DNA from: Octopus vulgaris
Lineage: Eukaryota
Direction: 5' to 3'
Length of the DNA stretch: 64,000 nucleotides
Assembly (NCBI GenBank): GCA_951406725.2
Contig: OX597818.1
Span: 35,898,001-35,962,000, forward strand
The position numbers were made by a program, and so were the translations under genes. Each line of letters begins with the position of its first letter. Position 1 is the stretch's first letter. The notes under the pieces are model-generated. The model was not told where the DNA came from, made no database searches, and saw only the letters and a list, made by a program, of their open reading frames with translations. Of the stretch, positions 39,871 to 56,566 are shown piece after piece.

Positions 39871-41874
39871 CCAATACACACATATATTTCAAAAGTTAGA
39901 TGGAAAATGGAAAAATAGTCGAAAATTGGGCACAAACATTAAGCACGCGCACACACACACACATACACACACATACACATATATCCTTCTTCTTGTTTCA
40001 GCAGGGTGTAATATGTTGTAGGATATTTGGCTGCTATTTCTAGCAGGTCAAGCAAACATACAGAGGTTTACTTTCTGTTTCATTAATTATTCTTTGCAGA
40101 TTAAAAAAAAAAATACCTACATTTTTATGGCCTGGAGCCACCTTGATGGAAAGGTTATTTGTACATCAACCTAATGACACTAGATGTTGAAGTAGGCGTC
40201 ATCAACAAGACAAGGATTTTCGGCACGTACACCTTAATACCTATCTTCGACATGAATCTCTTAGTTAAAGATTAGGTATGCGGTGGCGATTTTGTTTCTG
40301 ATGCCCATAACTCTATCAATCGATGCGATAAATCTTGAATTTAAACATTCACATGTCTATCTTAGTAAGAAGAAATGGGCTCAGAGAAAGAGTTTAGGCC
40401 TGTGCAAAATGAAAGAAGTGAGGCACGGTAAATGTATGGCTCTGTGGAAAAGTAAGTGTTCAGATGGATTTGGTTGGATGTGGCACACAATTTGCGAATT
40501 CTGAGAAAGAATTGTTAAAGAAGTGGTATAAGAATCAGGTTTAACTCTGTGTATACCATTAATAGTTGCTGAATATTAATGAGCGAAGCATTTCATACGA
40601 TGCAAAAGGCTGTTCTTTTAGAGTATACTGGAATGTTTGCAAATGTCTCAGCATGTAGCTTTGTACTGCAAATATGTAAGCAATAATATGTGTCGATTAT
40701 ATTGAATCATTAAAAGCATTCATTTCTTTTTATTTGTTTGCGTTATTTTAATCGATTTAGTTATGGTTGATCAGTTCTTTGACTGATCGATTCATTGGGT
40801 CGTTGGTAGATTGATTGCTTTGCTGAGTCATAAGTTGAATGAATGGCTATTTGTTTAATTACCTGCGTGTGAAGCTGCGTTGGTGGGTTGTGTTGGTTAG
40901 ATGGTTGGTTGGATAGATTACGAAAGAGTTAAAGATTTAGTAAAGAAACGACCTCTTATTTCGTTTATCAGATAAACGCCAGGAAAGATCCCTTTAGAAA
41001 CAAATAGTTCTAAACACATAGTATACAGTGACATTGATAAGCTGCAAAAACAGCGAAATGTCCTAGCACCATCTTTAACTATTCCGCAGCTTCCACTCCC
41101 CCGTTTCACTTCGCTTGTACATTTTGATTATTTCATTTGAAATCTGATGATTTCAACACTCGAAAATAAAAGGTGAAAGTATGACTTGTCCTGTAAGTGA
41201 TAAAAAAGAGACATCTATACTCTACCATATGTTGTTGCATATTCTATCCTAAATCATCATTCTCCAGTATTCTAATCAGTTAACAAATCATACTTATATG
41301 CACAAATACACACACACTTGTTTAAATAAAATATGAATATGTAGTAGATAGAAGGATCCATTGGAAGGGCCCTATTATCAATTTTTCAACAATTTAAGTA
41401 TGTCAGGAGGTTTCCAGACATGAGTTCTACTCACGTGTCAAATAAAGTATAAAAGTGATATTGTTTGCAATAATAAAAATAGGACACAAAAAATCAATAT
41501 TCAAAGTAATGGAACATGCACAACGAAATGGGTTATTTCCCTTGTGTGTTTAAAAAAATATTGTACAGGTGCTATGAGTTATTTTCCTTGGGTGTTTACA
41601 AAAATTAGTTATATATTAGTTTTAAAAAGTTAGTTAAACACTAATAAAATTAGTGTTTAAAAAAAGTTAGTTAAAAAAATTACTTAGATATAAAGGTCCC
41701 TTCCAGGGGTCGTATTATCGATGTTTTCAACAATCTAACTATGTCACAAAATTTCCAGACATGAGTTCTGTTCACGTGTCAAGTTTAATCAAAATCAATA
41801 AAACGATATAGGAGGAGTTAGCTAACAACGCCACAAACAAACACACCCATTTTCCACATATGCAGTAGATGTAA

Positions 41875-41980
<106 letters not shown>

Positions 41981-42101
41981 TAGTAATAGTAATGGTAAGA
42001 CAACAAAAGAATGAAAGAGACCTCGATATTATATAAATAGAGGAATTGATTTGTACTATATGTGACAATTATTCGATTGCCGAATAATTGTCACATATTA
42101 C

Positions 42102-42139
<38 letters not shown>

Positions 42140-42729
42140 GCTAAAGTGTATGATGCGGACAGTCGACTGGAGACAGCTTGTCCCAGTCAGATGTGATTAC
42201 AGCAGTTGAGATATAGTTGACCGTTACATCTCGTATGAGATGCTTGAAAATGTGTGCCCATGGAGCCTTACTTGTATATGCCATACTAATTTACTGATGT
42301 CTTCACTGATGCCTGTTGCAACTGACATAAGTGCAGGACCTTTCCCAAGTATGTGAACAGGAGAGTTATGGCCCTACTAATGAAACATTGAAACTAAAGG
42401 GAAGTAATCGATAATTTCCAGTTGATAAGTCTACTGGATACAGGGTATAAGCTTTTTGCTTAGTGTTCATGATTGTTGTAAAACCTCTTTAGTGCGTCCA
42501 GTTCTTTTGAGTAGATCTATCAACAGCACTGTCTACCTTTTGAAATACATTGTAGAAAGAGTGGTTGACAAATCTGGTTTCGGTGGTGCTCAGAAGTATT
42601 TCTGTTTATTTCTATCGACATATCTATCAATGCCTTTACAAAAGTGTTTATGTATCATATATATATATGCATGCATATACAGCTGCGTGCGTGCGCACAT
42701 ACACGCGAGTACTGTCCAAATGCTAGCTG

Positions 42730-42975
42730 GCATTCAATTGGCGTATCAAGTTTCGGGCATTTTGATTGGGTTTGGGGTAGAAAATTCACAAAAGATTAAC
42801 TTCTATTGATTTTTTAATGGGTTTGCGGAGCGACTGGTGAAATGTAAAGATGTGCACGACTACCCTTGGACGGTTTTAAATGACCATAGAAAGTGAGAGC
42901 CCTCTAACTGAAAAATTGTGGATTTGTATAAAGGACACACACACAGACATTTTGCGGTTTATATATAGAGAGATT
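42730..42975 (+). mobile_element. Possible Helitron/Helentron-associated non-autonomous 3' end
   Basis: Ends ACACACAGACA....TTTATATATAGAGAGAT, a terminus style typical of DINE-1/HINE-like elements; pattern resemblance only. Confidence 0.35.
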
Positions 42976-44339
42976 CCACTTGTGCCAGTTTCAAGTTAGA
43001 TGATAAACCGATTTCTAAACTGTCACGTTTGGTTTAATTTTAACAGTAACGGTTTTGTAAAATCCTATCGGTTTTTACTCGATCTTTCACATTATTACCA
43101 TTTTGTAATATAACGTGGACATTTCATAAGCATTTGTCATTTATATCACAGAAAATATTTAACTAATGTTCTGTCTGGTGTTCTGTTTGTATGCTAAAGT
43201 TACATAGTAATTTTAATGTCATTTTCGAAGACATATTAAAATTTATATATGCAATTAAAATAGCTGAAATTAGTTCGAAGTACGTTATTGTGCCTCTAAC
43301 TAGTTGGTGCCAGACATCGTGATAAAATGTAGCGTTGTTTCTGCAAAATACAACAGACACATGACATTTGTCATCTGTATTTTAGAGATGTTGATATTCG
43401 TTTGAATATAACTCGTAATGAAGGCAGCGAGCTCACACAATCGTTAACACGCTGGGCACAATTCCGCCGAGGTCGACTTTGTCTTTCATCCTTTAGGGCT
43501 TGATAAAACAAGTACCAGTTGTGAGCACTGGGGTCAATCTAATTGATTTACTCTTTTCCCCGAGGTTGCTGGCCTTGTGCCAAATTTTGAAAGCAATATA
43601 TCTCGTAATGAGGCCTAGGGCGTACTGTATCGCACCTCTTGTAACTTCTGACGCTCCGTTCCGACTAGAATTTTTCATCCAGGCCAATGATAGGATTTTT
43701 CATTTTTATAAATCCAAGGTTTGTGTGTCTTTGTGGTAATTAACCACAGTTGACATATATACTTCTTTCTGGCTTCTCTATTCTGTTTAAACTTTATTTA
43801 TTCGTAATAATTATCCAAGTTCTTACGATAATATTGTTACTGCAGATATAATCGATTTGATACTTTTTGTAGCGTATATCCAACTATCGTACGTAGCAGG
43901 TCTATTTGTCAGTGAAAAGATAGTTGAAAACATTCATAACTGCCGTCTTATCCTGCTTTCTGACGCTTAATAACCTCCTACAACCTTCGCTTCTGGTTAT
44001 GTACCACCGTTACGTGTTAGACTTATTCCGTAACGCAGAGCGTTTTGCAGTGGATTTCTAGAACTACAGGACACGGAATTTCAGATTTCACCCGCCAGTC
44101 CAATACTAGGGAGATCTATTTTACGGTTGGCACAACTAATGGGTTAACGACACAAATAATGGTATTGCTATTGAGAGGAATTTTAAAACTGGTTTCTTTA
44201 TTAAATTAGTCATGTTTCATCTTTGTTTGCATAGCTTTCACAGTTTTATCACCTTCCATTCTCAGGAACTGAAAAGATGATTTCAAAATTATCAGCTCGA
44301 TTTATTAAACTCTCTCATTTTATCGTTATAGTCTTATAT

Positions 44340-44480
44340 TTCTCCAGTGCAAATGACATCTTAATGTCCATGCTAAACTATTGGACAACAGAAAAGACTC
44401 ACAATCTTGGGATCATTCACACCATAAAATATTAAATCATCCATGAAGAGGAAATTAGTGGGGAGAACAATCCTCCATTT
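44340..44480 (-). mobile_element. Decayed RT fragment (R4-like)
   Basis: Minus NFLFMDDLIFYG (YxDD-type catalytic motif) and FSMDIKMSFALEK. Confidence 0.6.
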
Positions 44481-44494
44481 CTCTATGTAGTCTA

Positions 44495-44584
<90 letters not shown>

Positions 44585-44625
44585 CATTATTATTATTATT
44601 ATTATTGTTGTTATTATTATTATTA

Positions 44626-45215
44626 TTCAGTAGTTTTATTTTTATGGCGTGCTTTCACTTCACTACCGAGCACAGCTCTGTGTGCCTTGGTTATGTGCTG
44701 GGATTTGTTGTGGTGCTCTGATGGTTACTGTATTGAAAGTGTTTTGCGTAGGATGTGTGCAGTGCCCAGTAGTGCAATTTTTTGTATGTTATATGTGTTT
44801 GTAAGTCCTGGTGTTTTTGTTATGTATTTGTCTGAATATTTTTTATCATACCTAATGTGCCTACTATGATAGAGATTGTTTCTGTTTTTAGATTCCACAT
44901 TCGAGTAACTTCTATTTCCAGGTCTTTGTATTTTGAAAGTTTCTCCATTTCTTTTAGAGACACGTTGCCATCTGCTGGTATTGATACATCAATTAGAAAG
45001 CATTTTTTTCTTCATGATCTCTGACAACTATATCTGGTCTGTTGGCCTTAATTTCTCTATCTGTGTGTATTGGCATATCCCAGAGTATGGTTGCTTTCTC
45101 GTTTTCTGTGACCTTTTCTGGTGTGTGCCTATACCATTTTTTCTGTTGTTATTCCATAATGTTGGCATAGCTTCCAGTGTATGTAGGTCCCAACTCAGTC
45201 GTGTCTGTGAATATA
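44626..45215 (-). mobile_element. 5'-truncated R4/Dong-like LINE with restriction-like endonuclease domain, inside (TAA)n
   Basis: ILWDMPIHTDREIKANRPDIVV..LIDVSIP..EKLSKYKDL..IIVGTLG..KIALLGTAHILRKTLSIQ*; two frameshifts in A-runs; trinucleotide repeats on both sides. Confidence 0.88.
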
Positions 45216-45243
45216 TTCCTTCTTCTTCTTCTTCTTCTTCTTC

Positions 45244-45308
<65 letters not shown>

Positions 45309-45317
45309 ATAATTATA

Positions 45318-45370
<53 letters not shown>

Positions 45371-45724
45371 GACAACGAACTGACAGGTAAAATGCTTCGC
45401 GAAAAATATATATTCGTCAATACATTCTGAGTTCACATTCAGTCGAGGTGGACTTTGCATTTCATTAATTCGGGGTGGGGTGGGGGGGGGGGGGGTCGAT
45501 AAAATAAGTACCAGTTGAGCACTGAGATCGATGTAATCGACTGACCTGAAATTACCCGCCTTGTACCAAAATCGTAAACCACATTATCATTATTATCAGA
45601 CAACTTAAATGTAATCAACACAGCAGGAATTTATGACCAGAAATTACTGTCCCCCTTGGATTATCCCAATAGATATTCCAGCAAGGCCGGATTATAAATC
45701 ATGGCGTTGATGCTGAAAATTGTA

Positions 45725-45795
<71 letters not shown>

Positions 45796-46560
45796 GAATT
45801 GTTGCTATTCATTTCGTTGATGCCGATTTTGTTGTTGCTTCTGTTATTATAGGGTCAGAAAGTAGTTTAATTGGTTGCTTAGTCTAGCTAGTTTCTCATT
45901 CCATTAATTAGATACGTGATCGATAGGTTTGTTGTATAATTCATTATTGGAGAGTGTTGTTGATCAATAAATTGCTTTCTTTTTGTTTTTGTTTTTTTGT
46001 TTATTTATTTTTCGATGTTTTCTTTTCCCCTCTTATCTGCTAACACTAATTCATTGGTCGATTGTTTAGTTTAGTTTTCAACATATTTCTCCAATGCAAC
46101 GTATATTCTTTTTCTTTTTTTTACTTATAAATTTACTTATTTATTTATTTATTTATTTATCAATTAGTTATTCGACTAATTAGATATTTTGATATCGATT
46201 AGTTGTGTAGTAATCATTAATTTGAAACGTTATATATGCGCATATGCTTATGTATGCATCTACATTATGTATGTGTGCGTGCGTACGTACGTGTATTATG
46301 TGTATTATTTGTGTCTATGGGTAAAATGTATTATAAGTGAAGACAGAGACTTCGAAGCTTTGCCTAGCACAGCTTTTCAAACTTTGAAGAACAGTACATA
46401 TTTCTCATATACAGACAGACTGCTGTGAAGGGTGGAACACGATCACCATTCGGGAATGAAAATGAGGAACCAACAGAATGGAATTTTGTATAATATATGG
46501 ATAATTGTGATAGTAAAACAATGAAGTACCGTAATATATAGAAGCTAAAGCTGAGTAAAA

Positions 46561-46592
<32 letters not shown>

Positions 46593-46665
46593 GTGTGTGT
46601 TTGTGTGTGTTTGTGTGTGTGTGTGAGTGTGTGTGTGTTTAATGAAGAAGTTTAATACGCATGTA

Positions 46666-47229
46666 TTGGGTTGTCCGGAAAGTTCGTGACAGTTTTTAAA
46701 AGAAAGAAAAAAGGTCAATAAATATTTACCATTACATTTTTGATCAACCAAATATGAACCATTTTGTTGCACAATGCGTCTCCATCTTTCCTTTAACTTG
46801 AAAATACCCTCTTCCCAGAATGGAGGTGGTTTCATGGCAAATAATTCATCAAGGTATCTTTTTACGTCATACAAGGAATTGAAATTTTTACCATTAAGAC
46901 TATTCTGCAGAGAACTGAATAAGTGGAAATCCAAAGGAGCAATATCTGGTGAATATGGAGGGTGGGGTAACACATCCCAGCTAAGCTGCAGCAATTTTTG
47001 TCTGGTTCTCAAACCATCAAGCGCCGAAATTAAACTTTCTTATCTTCCATTTTAAAGGGATACAAAATTAACACAGGTTATAGGAACATAAACCTTCCAC
47101 GAAAAGATAGCGTAAACTGCGCTCTAAATTGAGGTGTAGTCAAATCCTATTTTATGGACTCAACCATGTTCTAAAATAAGTCGAAAGGTAAGCTACTATA
47201 AATCGGGACGAACTTACCGGACAACCCAA
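46666..47229 (-). mobile_element. Internally deleted mariner transposon
   Basis: TIRs TTGGGTTGTCCGG.AAGTTCGT at both ends, TA TSD, transposase C-terminus WDVLPHPPYSPDIAPLDFHLF. Confidence 0.92.
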
Positions 47230-47329
47230 TAGTTTCAGGAATTATTCTAGTATTTCATATTTTGAACCAAAATCTTTAAATTTAAAAAGAATTACGTTTT
47301 GTGAGTAATAGATGTTATTATTAAATGCT

Positions 47330-49060
<1,731 letters not shown>

Positions 49061-49377
49061 TATTACTGAGTAATACAATCAACTATTTCCAGTGATACAA
49101 TTTATTACAGTTCTAATAAATTGGAAAAGGCTGGTTGTATGGTGACTAATAACTCCAGAATAAATATAATTACCAGTATCATGCGAAAAACACTAAGGGT
49201 ATTTGTAATATGCTTAACTTTGGGATTGGTACATTTAACATATCAAATACTAAAAGATATATTTGCCATTGTAAACAGTTATCTTTATAATCAATTGCTT
49301 TATGTACTCTTGGGCTTAATATAAAAATAAAAATGTCTGACCTAGTAATTGACAAAATATGGTTTTACTAATTTTAC

Positions 49378-49687
49378 GAGGCACATGGCCTAGTGGTTAG
49401 AGCAGCGGACTCGCGGTCGAGAGATCGCGGGTTCGAATCTCAGACCGGGCGATGTGTGTGTTTATGAGCGAAAACACCTAAGCTCCACGCGGCTCCGGCA
49501 GAAGGTAATGGCGAACTTCTGCTGACTCTGTCGCCACAACTTTCTCTCATTCTTTCCTACTGCATCTTGCAGCTCACCTGCGACGGACCGACGTCCCATC
49601 ATGGTGGGGAACCTATACGCCAAGGAAACCGGAAAACCGGCCCTTATGAGCCAGGCATGGCTCGTGAAGGAACAAACAACAAACAAT
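49378..49687 (+). mobile_element. Full-length SINE family E
   Basis: High similarity to 34461-34771. Confidence 0.87.
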
Positions 49688-51256
49688 TTTACGAGTGCGT
49701 TTACTTTTTCTCTTAAAAGAAGTACACAGACTAACACGGTAGCAAAAAAATGGAAGTTTAAAATTATACTGATTGTGTTGGAAAATGGAAATGAAGTCTT
49801 TGTGTTGACAATAGTTTTAAAATCAATGGCAGATCGCATAAAAATAAAATATGCGCGCGTAAGAAAGAAAAGGCATGTGAGAGTCATTCTAGCGATAGAT
49901 CTGTGACAGGTTATTTGTTTTTAAAAACCTTTCATCTAATATATCTGGACAAAATTATTCAAATATAAACATGTACAATATATAAGCATAGAGAATAAAG
50001 ACTTATATAAATAGCGTGAATAACTAATTCTCTCCGCTATAGGCACAAGGCCTGAAATTTTGTGATTACATTAACCCCAGTGCTTGATTGGTTCTTAGTT
50101 TGTCGACTCCGAAAGGATGAAAAGATACTCTTTTACTCTTTTACACTTTTACTTGTTTCAGTCATTTGACCGTGGCCATGCTGGAGTACCGCTTTTGTTT
50201 TTTAGTCGAGCATATCGACCCCAGGACTTATTCTTTGTTGTAAGACTAGTACTTATTCTATCGGTCTCTTTTGCCGAACCGCTAAGTTACGGGACGTAAA
50301 CGCACCGCCATCGGTTGTCAAGCGATGTTGGGCAACAGACTCAGACACGCAAACATATACACACTCGTATACATACATATATATATATGTATATATACGT
50401 GTAGAGGTAGGTACGTACATATATGTATGTATATATGCATATGTTATATTTATTTATTAATTTATTATATGACGGAACGCACGCATCCATTTCTAAGTAA
50501 GATTGTTCTTAATATTAATAATGATGCGCACTCTTAACCTTTCTCTCCCCCTCCCTTTCTCAGCCTTCATTCTTTTGGCTTTCCTTTTCTTCTACTTTAC
50601 TGTCTCTCCCTCTCTCTCTCTCATTCTTCATTCTTTTCTCTACAACCATTCCCTTTTTTCTCTCCCTTTCTCTTACTCCTCCTCCTCCTCCCTCCCGTCG
50701 TTGACCCGCGACGATAACTCTGCTACTGTCTTTCTTCTCCTGGCTACCTTCAAGTAGAGACGGCACATCTGTTGCTTCCTCGCCATTTTCAAAAATAGCG
50801 TTCGTAAAAGTTCGTTCGGCTTAACAGCCCTTCTTGTTTGTGTTACTGTTTTTCTCCTTGTCCTGTCTTTTACTGTTTATATTTTGTACTGTCGTTACTG
50901 TCCTGTTTTTATTACCATTTTTACCCCTCCGCAAAAAAATCTCAAATTTTATTTAATTTGATTTTCGCGGGAAGGATTGTTTCATTAAAGTCATGTCGCC
51001 TTGACCTTCGAAACGTGGAGTAGATGAAACAAAGGAGACTGAAGAAGGGGAATTTTCCTTGTTTTGTATGTCCTGTACTCTCTTTTTTTTCGTTATTTAA
51101 GAAAAATGTTCATTTTCTTGGTTTTGTGTTTATGTTTTCGTTTCTCATTGTGTTCGACGTTTTTCTGGTGTCCTGTACCCATATATGCATGTATATATAC
51201 ATGTAGAGGTAGGTATGTACATATATGTATGTATATATGCATATGTTTTATTTATT

Positions 51257-51309
<53 letters not shown>

Positions 51310-52108
51310 CATATATACGACGGGCTTCTTTCAGTTTTTGTCTACCAAATCCACTCACAAGGCTTCGGTCGGCCCGAAGCTATAGTGGAAGACACTTGCC
51401 CAAGGTGCCACGCAGTGGGACTGAACCCGCAACCATGTAGTTGATAAGCAAGCTACTTACCACAGAACCACTCCTACGCCTATAGTTGACCTCGGTGGAA
51501 TATGAACTCAGAAAACAAAGCCAGAAGAAAGTTTGCTAAGCATTTTATCCGGTGTACTAACAATTCTGCCATCTCGCCTACAATAAGGAGCATAATAATG
51601 AACTTCAAATTACCAGGATTTTTTATAATCCGTCAGATAAAATTTCAAACACACTGGGACATACGATGACATAAATACATAACATGTAAATCTTTATATA
51701 GCAATAACTACAAATATGGTTAGTAAAATACAAAACTAAGTGTATTAAAAACTGCTTGGTTATCGAAACATTTCCGAGAAGCATGACAATTTACATGGAA
51801 AGAATTTTTAGAAATGGTAGCTATAAGAAAATACTGCCTCATAAAAGATGGTATCATCATAACAATATATCTATGTGTAATATACCAGTTATTACAGAGA
51901 GTAATTTCTTGTGATGCTGGGTGTTTTTGTTTCCGTAGTGAATATTGTACGAAAAGCGAGCCCAACAGAAGGCGGTGCGATTTGGTGAAGTGTATGTACA
52001 TGAAAAAGGGATCTAGACTTCCATTGTGGATACATGAAAATAGAAATAAATAATTTTAGAATATTGGTTGCGAAAACTGTTAATTAATTATGGTTAGGAA
52101 AATATTAC

Positions 52109-52139
<31 letters not shown>

Positions 52140-52250
52140 GGCCTGCTCACTTAGCCAGCGTGGTGGCGTCATTCGAAGGCTAAAACAATGCGAACGCATT
52201 GTGACCAGCGATGTGTAGCAACATGTGATGGTCTGGTCGGTCACGTGATT

Positions 52251-52295
<45 letters not shown>

Positions 52296-52419
52296 AATAT
52301 ATGTCTTATAAAACTATTCATACATATATGTACATATATATAAATATATATATACACATATATAAATATGTATATATATATATAAATATTGGAAGGTTTG
52401 GAGATGATGTATAGGTATT

Positions 52420-52687
52420 ATATATTAGAAGAAATGAGGTACTCAGAAGATCGGATGGTTTATATTTACAGATATTTATTTGTATATTACATTTTCTATA
52501 TATATATCATATCACTTAGATCATTAGTGCCTTCTCCCATTAGTCTGATTTGAAAACCCCACTAGAATGGGAGAAAGCGTTAATAATCTAAGTGATATGA
52601 TATATATATAAAAAATGTTATATACAAATAAATATCTGTAAATATAAACCATCCCATCTTCTGAGTACCTCATTTCTTCTAATATAT
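52420..52687. repeat. Foldback with ~125-bp arms inside (TA)n
   Basis: TATTAGAAGAAATGAGGTACTCAGAAGAT..TTCTCCCATT mirrored by AATGGGAGAA..ATCTTCTGAGTACCTCATTTCTTCTAATA. Confidence 0.88.
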
Positions 52688-54609
52688 ATAAATATATAAA
52701 TATATCATATATATATATATATATATATGTGCATATATATGTGTGTATATATATGTGTAAATATATATGTGTATATATATTTATGTGTATATATATGTGT
52801 GTTTGTGTATACATGCACATATATAGGGGCATATTACGTATGTATATATCTATTCATATATATATATATACACACACATACATATATACATTTGTGCATG
52901 TATGTGTGTATGTATGTTTGTATGTATGTATGCATGTAAATATATACATATGCATGCACACGCACGCGTGGGCGCGCGCCCACACACATACATGCACGTA
53001 CTCACGACACATGCACACATTCACAGGAAGGTTATACTAAAAAATAAATGAAAACGCCGTTATTTACAAAGGGAGACCCGCTTGTGATATTTATTCCGCA
53101 TCGATTTTGCTCTTCACTTGTCACTCACATCGTCAGAAATTAATGAAGCGATATTTGGCCGAATAGAAACCTGTAACAGCCGACAATATTGTTCAGAAAT
53201 TACGATGTAGCCAAAAAGTATAAAGCTATCGCATATAGGATGTTCTGTGATGTATGTACTGTTACTGGGCTATAGCACAGCAATGTTTTCTAAATACCAA
53301 AGTAAGCCATAGCACTCTTATATATCATATATATTGTGACTCGCCTTTGTACAGGACTTGAACTATCTATAACACTGCAATATACTATCTGTAGCATATA
53401 TGATGTACCATATATATTGTGACAGTTCTGTTACAGTTTCTGATAAATTAGGCACAGACTAAAGCTTAATGTGACAGTATAGATATTATAACTATTATTA
53501 AAGTTATGAACGCTGATATTACCTTCATATATTCTATACATCCCCTGTTTTTTTTATAATGCGGGTATCTAGTTTAATTCCAGTGAAGGTGCGTGGTAAA
53601 GTGGTTAGAGTTTTGAGCTCAGATCAAGTGACGAGTTGTGTCTTTGAGCGGGGAACTTCATTTCAAGTTCCTACTGTCTTAACTGATATGAATGTCAACA
53701 GCAGCTGGAGGTTAACCTGTGACAGACTGGTGTGCCTCTCCATTCAATCGCTCAACGCCTCAGAAACCTTCAAACTTGTAAAAGACTAATTGTCATTTAA
53801 CTTTTCGATTTTTTTTTATTTTTCAGTGGGATTTAGGATTTGTCAAGTTAATGAAATAAAATAAATAATCGTTGCTCAAATTTCCCATTGAAGTAATATT
53901 TACAACCAAAGATACACCTATCTAATCTCTCTCTCTCTCTTCTTCTTTCTGTCTCTTTCTCCCCTCTGTGTGTGCATATATGTATATATGTATATATACT
54001 CTTTTACTCTTTTACTTGTTTCAGTCATTTGACTGCGGCCATGCTGAAGCACCGCCGTTAGTCGAGCAACTCGACCCCGGGACTTATTCTTTGTAAGCCC
54101 AGTACTTATTCTATCGGTCTCTTTTGCCGAACCGCTAAGTGACGAGGACATAAACACACAAGCAATGCTAAAGGGACAAACACAAATAGATAAATAGAAT
54201 TTTAAGAAGTAGGGCACAGTAATATAAATTTTCTCAAATATTTGAACAGGGCAAGAAGATGGAATAAATGTATGTTGTCGCTATTTTAGCTAAGAATACA
54301 CTACACTTCCAAGAATTGCATGAAGCCTTGTGGGGTGACAGCGTTTTATGGGATTGTAATTCATTTCTAATTCATTTATCTCTTTATCAGCTACTAAATC
54401 TAAGACTATGAGACTGTGTATATTTTGAATAAAGGACATGGGTGAGCTGACAGATCATGGCTAGGTATGGTCATAAATATTATCACATGTATCCCTTTCC
54501 CTCGGGGAGGAAATAAGACATTAGGAGTAGTCAATTGGATATAATCACCAAAATAGGATGAAGTCTGACTAACTAGGCAATGGTTATCATGGGACAGTAT
54601 TATATATAT

Positions 54610-54817
54610 AGCACGCCGGGCGAAATGCGTAGCCGTATTTCGTCTGCCGTTACGTTCTGAGTTCAAATTCCGCCGAGGTCGACTTTGCCTATCATCCTTT
54701 CGGGGTCGATAAATTAAGTACCAGTTACGCACTGGGGTCGATGTAATCAACTTAATCCGTTTGTCTGTCTTTGTTTGTCCCCTCTGTGTTTAGTCCCTTG
54801 TGGGCAGTAAAGAAATA
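54610..54817 (+). mobile_element. 5'-truncated SINE family B; family-A fragments nearby (54000-54185, 55206-55297, 56140-56427, 57170-57370)
   Basis: Meta core and tail A; TATATATAGCAC repeated at both ends. Confidence 0.85.
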
Positions 54818-55134
54818 ACTATTATATATAGCACACCACATACCATAACACATAGCTTATAACATATGCAATGCAATTTAATTCACTATACAACATAATA
54901 TCCCATGATATTATATTTAAAACTAAAGTGTAAGTTTACAACGGATACGACACCTAAATTAATTTCCACCATCACAGTTCAAGTAAGGCACCTATAATCG
55001 TTAGTTTCGAAAATACTTAAATGTACGGGTGACGCTATGCATGCATAATACCCTTAGGTCTAATCTATTATTAATCAGGTTGTTCTCCCTATACTTAAAA
55101 ATCTCATGGTTCTATAGTGCACAGCTCACACCCA

Positions 55135-55205
<71 letters not shown>

Positions 55206-55312
55206 AGAGTGGCTGCGTGGTAAGTAGCTTGCTTACCAACCACATGGTTCTAGGTTCATTCCCACTGCGAGGCACCTTGGGCAAGTGTCTTCTACAATAT
55301 ATACATACATAA

Positions 55313-55361
<49 letters not shown>

Positions 55362-56163
55362 CATACATATATACCTATACATACTTACATGTATATATGT
55401 ATACATATACAAGTGCACACACATACGCGCGCATGCATGCATATGTATTTATATAAATATTACATATATTTGTGATTCTATATGTATGTACATACAAATA
55501 TGTATTTATGTGTGGGTGAGTGCGGAAGTTGGAGAGAGAGAGAGAGAGGGGGGTTCCAGGAGTAAGGATAAATGTTCATTTAAGCAGCGAATGTATATAT
55601 GTATTACATTCACCTATAAAAGTTGCAGGAAATACAGGAAGTACTGAATGGAATTCACAGAAGTTGTAACTAGGAATGTGGCACAAACGCAACATACTAC
55701 CTAGTATCCGGTCACATGACTGAATATTAATCTATGATAAAGTTCATTGAAACATGTGTACACCTATCCTCCTTGAAATAAGCGTCAAATCTCCCTCAAA
55801 TGATAACCTGTTCCCTTTTGTTTTTTTTTTCTTTTTTAAGACACATAGGGTAATACTCTTATGTTAGATACAGGATAGATACAGGATAGTGAACGCGGTT
55901 TTAGTTTTAAGTCTAATTTATCATGCTGATCCCATGATGGGGATGAAAGGCACAGTTGACCTCGGAAGGATTTGAGCTCAGAATATAGAAAGCAGAAACA
56001 ATCACCACAAACCATTTCTTTTTTCCGATGTTCTAACGATTCGGCCAAAGCTCCAGGCTAAAAGAAATGATCGTTTCTTCTATAGGCACAAGACGTGTAA
56101 TTTCGGAAGTGGAGAGGCTAGTAGTTTACATCAGCCCCAGTTGGAGACAAACACAGACACAAA

Positions 56164-56224
<61 letters not shown>

Positions 56225-56440
56225 ACACATACACACACGCAAACACGCACACATATATACATATATATGAGATGGGCTTCTTTCAGTTTCAATCTACCAA
56301 ATCCACTCACAAGGCTTTGGTCGTCCCGAGGATATAGTAGAAGACACTTGCCCAAAGTATCAAGCTGTGGGACTGAACCCAGAACCATGTGATTAGGAAG
56401 CAAGCTTCTTACCACACAACCACACCTATATATATATATT

Positions 56441-56471
<31 letters not shown>

Positions 56472-56504
56472 ATCTATATTGTATATATATATATACATAT
56501 ACAC

Positions 56505-56566
<62 letters not shown>

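Noticed and set aside
46545-47012. Functional mariner transposase
   Set aside because: Only the C-terminal part remains; the DNA-binding domain and first catalytic residues are deleted.
51720-52053. Overlapping 79-93-aa ORFs in unique sequence
   Set aside because: No recognisable domain or convincing splice context.
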